DNA of 44,458 nucleotides, from contig NC_068996.1 in NCBI RefSeq assembly GCF_001194135.2, positions 7,062,074-7,106,531 on the forward strand, written 5' to 3'. The DNA is from Octopus bimaculoides (taxonomy: Eukaryota). Both the position numbers and the translations under genes were made by a program. A model generated the notes under the pieces. It saw nothing but the letters and a program-made list of their open reading frames with translations. It made no database searches and had not been told where the DNA came from. Position 1 is the first letter of the stretch; each line of letters opens with the position of its first letter. This document shows, one piece after another, positions 35,485-44,458 of this stretch.

Positions 35485-38400
35485 TGGTCCGGACCTACAC
35501 GTTAGCAGCAGATGTAAGACGGTCGCCTTCCTGGGACCTGGGAACAACCCATGGACTCGGTCCTACATCTGCGACTGGGAACACCGCTGCTCATCCTGAA
35601 TGGGGAAGGTCCTAGAAAACGTGGGTCAAACATCGGATGTCACCATAGAATCCTGGCTAGTAAGCGGGTCCAGTATAACATCTATTCAAGCGGTCGAACA
35701 ACAGAAATTTAATCAAATTAACCTTTGGAACATGGAACATGGAACATGCGAATGATCCTCAATCCTCAAGACACGGAGCAACCAGAACGTAGAACAGCTC
35801 TTATCCCCAAAGAAACTAACGAGATTTAACATCGACATCGCTGCCCTCAGTGAAACACGTCTACCCGAGGAAGGAAAGACAGAAGAGATACGTTCAGGTT
35901 ATACCTTCTGGAACGGAAGAAGAAGGAAAGAGAAAAATTCATGGAGTCGCTTTTGCTGTAAAATCCAAGCTTGTGAAGGCACATCATCTGAAATCTTTCG
36001 CCATCAATGAACGGCTTATGACTCTACGAATACTGATCTCTGCTACCATCTTTAGGACACTGATCTCTGCTTACTCACCTACATTTGATGCCAATGACAA
36101 TGTGAAAAACACCTACCTACAGTTGAGTGATCTTATTCTCAATGTACCACCAAATTACAAGCTCTTCCTCCTCGGAGATTTCAATACAAGAATGGAGAGA
36201 GACAACAGACTATAGGAGAATGCTATTAACAAAGAGGGAGTCGGAAACTGCAATGAAAATGGATTTTTGCTCCTTAGGCTGTGCGCTGAACACTCTCTTC
36301 ATCACCAACACCCAATTTTGACTCCCAAATTGTTTCTAGAACATCTGGAAGCACCCTAGATCGAGACACAGGAACCTCTTGGACTACTTTATCATCCGGC
36401 AACGCGAAAGGCTAACAGCACTGAAGATTGCTGGACAGACCATCGTCTAGTCATTACCTGCCTACGAATAAAGATTAACAACAAACCAAAGACTGGGAAT
36501 ACAAAACCAGTCAGAAGAAAATTTGACACTTCGAAGGTTAACAACCCAGCGGTCAGTTTTATAACTTTATGCATCCTCCATTCTCAAACGCCTTAAATTC
36601 ATCCCATCTGACAACCAAGATATTGATAAGGAATGGAGCACACTTCGGAAAACCATCACTGAAGTGGCTGAAAATATCCTTGAGTACAGTAAAAGGAGAC
36701 ATCAGGATTGGTTTGATGACAATGACCAAGAAATCAGCCAGCTGATTGATGCAAAACGGCAAGCACACCTCTCTCATGAGCAAGATCCAAGATCGCGGCA
36801 CAAGAAGGTAAGATATCAAGACCTCAAAAGACAATGCCAAACAAAATTGAGAAAGATGCAGAACGACAGGTGGCAACAAAAAGCCGTTGAACTGACGCCC
36901 ATGATCCCAGACACTTCTACGCAGGAACGAAGGAACTTTTTGGGCCCGTGAGATCATCAACAGGGTCTCTTCAATCAGTAAACTCCAACACCATCTTGAC
37001 TGACCCACAAGATATCCTTCAACGCTGGTGAGAGAGCACTTCTCAAGTCTTCTGAACCAAGACTCCAACGTTGCGGAAGACTTCTTGAAGAACCTACCCA
37101 TGCAGCCAACTCCACACTGGTTGAAAACGCCACCATCCTACGAAGAGTACCAGGTTGCCTTCAACTGCATGAAGCAGTAGAAGTTCCCTGGCCCAGACAA
37201 CATCCCAGTGGAACTTCTAAAATATGATGGACTACTATTAAACACCAGTCTGTTCACATTGATTCTCCGAATGTGGAAGAACCGCTGTGTTTCCAAAGAC
37301 CCTCAAAGATGCTGTTATCATCACCAGCTTCAAAAAAGAAGATAGAAAGATTTGTGGGAACTATCATGACATCTCACTGCTCTCCACCGCAGGGAAAATA
37401 TTTTCAAGGCTCCTTCTGGATCGTCTCCAAGTCATCATGAAGTAAGTCCTACATGAATCACAATGTGGATTTCGACCAACCAGAGATACAACTGACATGA
37501 TTTTTTGTGCTCGACAAATACAAGAAAAGAGTAGAGAACGAAAAAAACTCTCTATTTCGTTTTCTACAATCTTGACAAGGCCTTTGATACCGTCCCAAGG
37601 CCTACGATGTGGAAGGTCCTCCGACACTTCCGAGGACCTTTCCCCTAGTACAGCGATTACATGACGGTATGACTGTACCCATCTTCCATCAAAACCAACT
37701 TTCTGAAGACTTCTCCATGACTGGAAGATTGAAACAAGGATGCGTTTTGGCCCAGGCACTCTTCTCTCTATACCTTGCAGCAATGTTTCATGAACTGTCT
37801 TCGGACAATCCAGGAATCAACATTAGGTGCCGATATGACGGGGGATTTCAACTTTGCCAGATTGAAGTTACGAAGACTGATCAGGAAGCAAAAGATTACT
37901 AAACTTCAGTATGCTCGTGAAAACGCAGCGGTTTTCCACTCTAGTGAACAGCTTCAACAATCGGTTAATAACTTCACCAATGCTTACTACGTTCAGTTTG
38001 TCCTGAAAGTCAACATTAAAAAGACGAAACTCCTGGCACAACCTGTTTTAAGTCAGGTATCTCCAGACCTCAACATTACCATCTCAAAGACGATACTGGA
38101 AAAAGTCAAGCGCTTTTCATACTTAGGAAGTTTGCTTTCGAACAAGTGTACATCAGAAAAGGATGTGAAAAACCGATTAAGAGCGGCTCACACCGCGTTT
38201 GGTGGACTCGCGAAAAAAATCTTTAAGAACAAAGATCCGAACTACCAAAAAAAAATTGAGTGTTTACCAAGCAGTCGTGATCTCCACTCTACGGTTGTGA
38301 AACCTGGATTCTTTACCGAAGTGACGTCAAAAACTAGAGCGATTTCTAGAAGCTCTGCTCTATTATGAATATCAAATGGAATGACTATGTGACCGATGTT

Positions 38401-38620
38401 TCCGTCTTGGAGAAAACGAAAAGCAGCAGCACTGAGGCCACCATCCTGAAACATCATCTGACATGGGCAGGCTTCGTAGCAAGAATGAAAGTGACCAGGC
38501 TGCATCATCAAATTTATATGATGAATTTTCCACCGTAAGAAAACTCCGTGGCTGTCCCCGCTGTCGAGGACCTAAGCTGGTCCTAAAGACCAGCTGAAGC
38601 AAAGCCTAAAACTGAAAACC
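35485..38620 (+). mobile_element. RTE-clade LINE (APE-RT), near full length, degenerate
   Basis: TFGTWN, DIAALSETRLPEEG, ISAYSPT, LLGDFNTR (APE); PGPDNIPVELLK, ISLLSTAGKIF, ESQCGFRP, DKAFDTV, KQGCVLAQALF, LQYARE (decayed YADD), FSYLGS (RT). Many frameshifts; 3' end missing. Confidence 0.92.
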
Positions 38621-39342
38621 TGCAGACAAAATGCAAATAATAATTTTTAACTGATGGGATTAAAGGTTGTCTCATTTTCAAAATTCAGTGTCCATGTAAT
38701 GAATCTTCTCAAGAACCCAAAGCTAAAGTAGCAAATAACTTCCTAATGTGTCGCAGCGTAAGATCAGATCTGGAATCATACGAGCTTCTAAACTATACAG
38801 ATATGCTTTTCTTTATTCTTAATCAGTTTGCTTTTGCTTCTCATTTGAGAATCAATAAAGCTGATGAAGGTTTCATTATACTAAAGATTGCATGAAGTTT
38901 ACTGGACTATGAGAGTGACACTTAATCCAGTTAATGTTTAAAATCTTCAAGCAGAACTACCGTTATGTTCTTGGTTTCTTAATGTAAAATATATAATAAT
39001 TAGAGTTCTATAACGACAGCACGGCTTTAATAAAACGATCGCTGTTCACTCGATTGTCATATTATTAGAACATTAACAATTACATCTCTTTTTTTTTTTA
39101 CTCCCTCTTATTCATTTAGTGATATATCATCCTTATAAGAATAAGCCATATTTACGAAAGTAAAAGTACATTAATAGCTGTGTTGTTAACCAACTTTTGT
39201 TGCTCGACTACAGGACATCTCTTCTTCTTCGGATTTCAAGTCATCCTTCACAAATAACGGAGATTTATAGAAACCGGTTTCTGAACTCTGACAAGTGTTT
39301 CATTAATAATAATTAGATGAGCAGAATGGGATAATATTTCTC

Positions 39343-39432
39343 TGCCTGCCTGTCTGTCTGCCTGTCTGTCTGCCTGTCTGTCTGCCTGTCTGTCTGCCTG
39401 TTTGTCTGCCTGTCTGTCTGCCTGTCTGTCTG
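39343..39432 (+). repeat. 12-bp unit (GCCTGTCTGTCT)n
   Basis: Read directly from the sequence; runs into a gap. Confidence 0.9.
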
Positions 39433-39713
39433 NNNNNNNNNNNNNNNNNNNNNNNNNNNNNNNNNNNNNNNNNNNNNNNNNNNNNNNNNNNNNNNNNNNN
39501 NNNNNNNNNNNNNNNNNNNNNNNNNNNNNNNNNNNNNNNNNNNNNNNNNNNNNNNNNNNNNNNNNNNNNNNNNNNNNNNNNNNNNNNNNNNNNNNNNNNN
39601 NNNNNNNNNNNNNNNNNNNNNNNNNNNNNNNNNNNNNNNNNNNNNNNNNNNNNNNNNNNNNNNNNNNNNNNNNNNNNNNNNNNNNNNNNNNNNNNNNNNN
39701 NNNNNNNNNNNNN

Positions 39714-39753
<40 letters not shown>

Positions 39754-39829
39754 TATACCCTCTTAGATAACATGTCCAGAAAAAATAATTTTTAATCTAC
39801 TAGCAGATGTATTGAAGAAATGCATAGTT

Positions 39830-40260
39830 AAATGTATATTAAATGTAGAGTTAAGTTGTACACGTATAGAATGTAAAACTTTAAGTAGAAATGAGTATAC
39901 AGAATGTAGATATAAATATACACAGCGTAGAATCAAATATGCATACTGTAGAGTTAAATCGACATGAAACTGTGGTATATATACAAAATATAGAGTTAAA
40001 TCTACATTATGTAGAATCACAGGAATAACGTGTAGAGTTAGATTGCAAATATAGACTTAAGCGCATATAATATAGAACTAAGTGTATAAAAATGTATATG
40101 GTCTAGAGTTAAATGTGCACACATATCACGTAGATACGTATCTTAAAATGCATACTACACATATTTAAATGTGCATTTTCAAAGGTTAAATGCACATGAT
40201 GTTGCGTTAAATGTAGATTATATGGTGTTAAATCTACAATGTGTAGAGTTAAATTTCTTT
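39830..40260 (+). repeat. Degenerate minisatellite built on TGTAGAGTTAAAT(G/C)TAC
   Basis: The motif recurs many times with variable spacing. Confidence 0.65.
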
Positions 40261-40503
40261 CGTAATTGGACTAGCTACAAGTCTGCCCACAAGAACCAGA
40301 AAAGTTGAACAGCTTTCCTTCGCAACTGGATGAGCTGAAGTAATGTAGAGTTAGATTTCTTGTTTAGAAGCTTATTAAAACACTATTCTCCCGACGCGTA
40401 TGCTGGAAGTCCAGTTTCTTAACGCTTTCAAGCATTTTGATCCTACGGAGCTGTTACTCACGTGATAACCATTGCACTTTTTTAAGCCAATGTTCTTGGC
40501 ATA

Positions 40504-40536
<33 letters not shown>

Positions 40537-40574
40537 CTGTATGTTTGTGTGTGCAAATATATGTGTGTGTGTAT

Positions 40575-40916
40575 ATAAATAAAAATGAAAATGCCACTTT
40601 TTAAAAAAATTGGGTGTTTTAATTAATTTACATTACATGTTTCGGTTTTTTTGAAACACCTTATCAAAAATGAGTATAAAATATGTGAGAAGAGAAGAGA
40701 ACGAAAGGACCACGTGCGCATGCAAGAAATAACAGTAAACTATGAATGTCATTCTTAATTTTAAATTCAATTTTATTTTATTAATAGCCCTCTTCTCTTC
40801 TCACATATTTTATACTCATTTTTGATAAGGTGTTTCAAAAAAAAACGAAACATGTAATGTAAATTAATTAAAACACCCAATTTTTTTTAAAAAGTGGCAT
40901 TTTCATTTTTATTTAT
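40575..40916. mobile_element. Young fold-back element, ~125-bp near-perfect arms, 90-bp spacer
   Basis: Arms 40575-40699 and 40790-40916 differ only at homopolymer lengths and one base. Each arm carries TTGATAA-GGTGTTTCAAAAAAA(A/C)C-GAAA-CATG-TA. Confidence 0.85.
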
Positions 40917-40963
40917 CTTTAATATCTACTTACTCGTGTGGTACATTTGCAAATCTTTCCAAC

Positions 40964-41019
<56 letters not shown>

Positions 41020-41039
41020 TGTGTGTATAAAACCTAAAA

Positions 41040-41112
<73 letters not shown>

Positions 41113-41519
41113 CTAGATAAATGAATAAATTAATAATATAGTACGTAAATAAAGTAACATGAGCAAATCATTTTAAGAATAAAATAAATAAATGAATAGA
41201 ATTATATATAATGAAATTAAATAAATGAATAGATTAAATATATTAGAGGAAAGAAAATTACTAATGAATATATCAACAGAATAAAATAAATTAGATAAAT
41301 AATGCCAAATAAATAAATGTGATAAAATTTATACATGAACATATAAATTATTTTGCTATTGAGAATCTAGAGCCTATCGTAAATAAAGTCTGCAAGTAAA
41401 TAAAGTAATTAAGCTAAAAATAATTCCTATGGCTTACTGTAAAATTTAGAAATTAGCGCCTCGTAATCATGTAGTTTCCGGTACGGCCACACTGCATGGC
41501 ATCATCCATTCATCATGCA

Positions 41520-41660
41520 AGGCTTTTCTATTCCGGGCAGCGTCATCGACGTAATCAGAGGCGACCACAGAGTGTATGATAGAAACAGATATATTTCCTT
41601 TTTCATAAAAAGCGGAAAAACAGATGCTCCAACCTGGTCAGTTGTATTCTTGGCGCAAGT
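41520..41660 (-). pseudogene. Possible tiny decayed LINE RT-core fragment
   Basis: QVGASVFPLFM followed, after a frameshift, by SDYVDDAA; resembles QG..LSP.LF ... DYADD. Confidence 0.3.
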
Positions 41661-41716
41661 TCGACGGTCAGGCATTAGCTACTTCTCTTTTGACATTTTT
41701 AAGGGACAGCTTATAC

Positions 41717-41787
41717 GGGCATATGGCGTAGTGATAAAGAACGCGGGCTACTAACCCCAAGATTCCGAGTTCGATTCCAGGCAGTGA

Positions 41788-41791
<4 letters not shown>
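41717..41791 (+). mobile_element. tRNA-Arg-like SINE head (family C) followed by (AAT)n
   Basis: A-box TGGCGTAGTGA and B-box GAGTTCGATTCC. GGCTACTAACCCCAAGATTCCGAGTTCGATTCCAGGC resembles the anticodon/T-arm of eukaryotic tRNA-Arg(ACG), but the acceptor stem does not close. Confidence 0.75.
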
Positions 41792-41863
<72 letters not shown>

Positions 41864-41900
41864 CAGAAGAAGAAGAAGAAGAAGAAGAAGAAGAAGAAAT

Positions 41901-42420
41901 ATGAAATTTGGCTTAGGAAAAATGCGCCAAGGCAACCTTGAAAAGAGGAAAACTAGTTAAGAGTAGCAACATCACACTAAATAAAGCCAATGAAATAAGA
42001 GAATTAGACCAAAGCCAGACATATACATATTTAGCAATCAATGAACTAGATACGATACAACATACACAAATGAAAGAAAAAATAAAGAAAGAATACTATA
42101 GACGAGTTAGATCAATACTGAAAACAGAGCTCAATGCTAAAAACAAGATAATAGGTATCAACACTTTAGCCGTCCCAGTTATAAGTTACAGCTGCAATAT
42201 CCTTCACTGGACACTAAACGAACTATCTAAAATAGACAGGAAAACATGAAAAATAATGACAGGATCTAGGATGCACAACTCAAAATCTGACATTCAAAGG
42301 CTATATATACAACGTACAGAAGGTGGTAGGGGTCTTATACAGCTGGAAAACTATTATAAAATAATCACCATAGGATTGTAAAAATACCTACTTCAGAAGC
42401 AAGGAAAACTAATACAAATA
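41901..42420 (+). mobile_element. R4/Dong-like non-LTR retrotransposon RT-thumb fragment
   Basis: MKFGL(G)KC, YTYLAI, IKKEYYRRVRSILKTELNAKNKIIGINTLAVPVISYS..W..ELSKIDRKT, RLYIQRTEGGRGLIQLE; starts directly after (AAT)n(AAG)n. Confidence 0.88.
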
Positions 42421-43620
42421 GGTATTGATTTGCAAGCCCACTGATTCGTCTTGTATGTTCCTGTATGCTCCTGATATTCTTCCAGCATAGTGTCAACGCT
42501 TCTATATCCGAAATGTCAGACATCACAACAGCTACATGGTCCATGCATGCAGAAACGGCTCTCCTGTGACCCTTTCAGAGTCTCCATTCTCCGTAGAAAC
42601 GGCTTCAGCACTAAAGCATACAGGAGAGAAAGAAGAGAGCACCCTCTACGAATCAAGCATTTGATTGTTAACTGTTTCAAAAGGTGATTGTTTAGTTTCA
42701 TTACTGAATAGATACTGCTGTACATTGTAGCGATACAGTCTTAGAAGGAGAATCAAAACCACTGCTCTTAGGACAGCCGCCAGATAGTCATATACCATCT
42801 CATAAATGTCTGGCATTTAGTAATTATTACATAACATCTAGATGCGGAGATAATTGCAATGCATTCAGAAATTAAGTTGTATAGTATTTGATATACCTGT
42901 ATTTGTTTATGTTGTTCAAATATATGTCGCTGGCAGGTATTCATATTTGCTCATTTTATTCAAATAAGCAGTAATCAACGCTGTTGAAAACTTTAAATTG
43001 AACCAAATTGACCAGCAACCCGCCGAAGACCGCTCTATGATATATCGCATGAGGTGGCGGTTGCCATGGATAGATCTGCTGGGAATCAAACAAGTTTGCG
43101 CCAAGCATCAGTCTCTCGTCAAACATCTTTGCTAAACTCTTTATCTCACACAACTAGGAATAGTCCCAGTCTGTAGTAGACGGCTGCCAAGACACGACCA
43201 CCAAATCCCGGCGATTTGCGCTCTATACAGTGGACCCCTCACCTTTCACTTCATCTGTTGAAATGGGGTTTTCACAGTACTTTGCCTCACTGCCCAAGAA
43301 TCGTGGCAAACCGCCGATGTAAACATCAAAGACTTCTGTCGTCAATCCGCTGCTCACCAGAAAATGGTTCTGCAACGTTCTACTGGAAAACCGTACTCAT
43401 CTTTTCGAAATCAGGGAGTATACACCCGTTGGAGTCCGTCGAAGACCAAACTGTGGTCTTGTTCCACGCAGCGTCTCTGCTACCCTGGAGCATCGAATAG
43501 CTTTCGTGTCCGCGTGTTTCAGAACATTCTCCGTGTTCGGTATCGAAGAAATGTTCGAAGATCATTCTCGTCGTATGCAACGTCCCACTATTGCAACGAA
43601 TACCATAAATACAACCACTT
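42421..43620 (-). mobile_element. L1/Tx1-clade ORF2 fragment with internal deletions
   Basis: NKTTVWSSTDSNG, CENPISTDEV..KSPG, IPSRSIHGNRHLMRYIIER, IRRGCSLLSLLYALVLKPFLRRM (QGCPLSPLLY-like); same family type as 23240-26300. Confidence 0.8.
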
Positions 43621-43778
43621 TACAGAATAAGATGAATATAATCAAAATAAAAAATAAAAAAGGTAAAAACGTTTAAGAAAGCTTGATGACAACTTCCCAG
43701 TTTATTTACATTAGAAATAAACCCGGAAAACGAATCACGAATTAATAGGGAACAAAAAATAGAGGGGATGGGGTGGAG

Positions 43779-43816
<38 letters not shown>

Positions 43817-43899
43817 AAGCTAGAGACAGTGTGAGACTTACCTGTTTAAAATAGACACTCATCCATTATTTCAACTTGACAGCTGACAGATTTAATTAA

Positions 43900-44140
43900 C
43901 ATATGTGTATGTATGTATTTATGTATGTATGTATGTATGTATGTATGTATGTATGTATGTATGTATGCATGCATGCATGTATGTATGTATGTTATGTATG
44001 TATGTATGTATGTATTTATGTTTTTATGTATGTATGTATGTATGTATGTATGTGCATATATGTATATATGGTTGCACATATAAGTGTATGCATGCATACA
44101 TTTATGTATGTATGTATGTATGTATGTATGTTTGTATGCA
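43900..44140 (+). repeat. (TATG)n microsatellite
   Basis: Read directly from the sequence. Confidence 0.95.
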
Positions 44141-44210
44141 TGTACGTATAAATGTGCGATATCCAATTAGAACTCACAGGAAACTCACAAGATAAACACA
44201 CACGCACGCA

Positions 44211-44253
<43 letters not shown>

Positions 44254-44373
44254 GCGCGCACACACACTAAATATATACGTATAGATATACGTATGTGTCT
44301 ACATGCATGTATATCTAGTTATTTGAATGTATGCATACATGCATTTATGTGTATATATCTATCTAAGTATATG

Positions 44374-44458
<85 letters not shown>

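Noticed and set aside
38861-38900. CTGATGAAGG as a hammerhead start
   Set aside because: No GAAA after the putative stem II and no stem I/III.
750-39773. Long ORFs full of X, or of YI/HT/CV/YVCM repeats, in the ORF track
   Set aside because: They are translations of N-gaps and microsatellites, not genes.
41717-41791. Functional tRNA gene
   Set aside because: The acceptor stem does not close and it runs into (AAT)n; it is better explained as a SINE head.

Overview
A repeat-saturated, AT-rich eukaryotic window with 15 N-gaps, nearly all flanked by microsatellites. The SINE families and repeat landscape suggest a draft cephalopod (octopus-like) assembly; this is inference. No host gene can be supported beyond two speculative short exons. 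Most long ORFs in the track are artefacts of N-runs or microsatellites. The window contains: three Penelope-like (PLE) GIY-YIG fragments; two mariner and one Tc1 relic plus a Tc1/mariner MITE; a near full-length decayed RTE-clade LINE; two decayed L1/Tx1-like ORF2 copies, one followed by about four tandem ORF1-like zinc-knuckle modules; two R4/Dong-like LINE fragments next to (TAA)n arrays; and three tRNA-derived SINE families. The most notable signal is not in the ORF track. At least eight minimal type-I hammerhead ribozyme (HHR)-like motifs are present (CUGANGA, stem II, GAAA, short often palindromic stem III, NUH), ranging from core-intact to degenerate, several with greatly extended stem II. 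Five sit inside non-coding fold-back elements whose inverted arm is a copy of the tail after the ribozyme. This points to several families of non-autonomous, ribozyme-carrying elements mobilised by PLEs. All calls were made by eye; no folding, alignment or database search was run.
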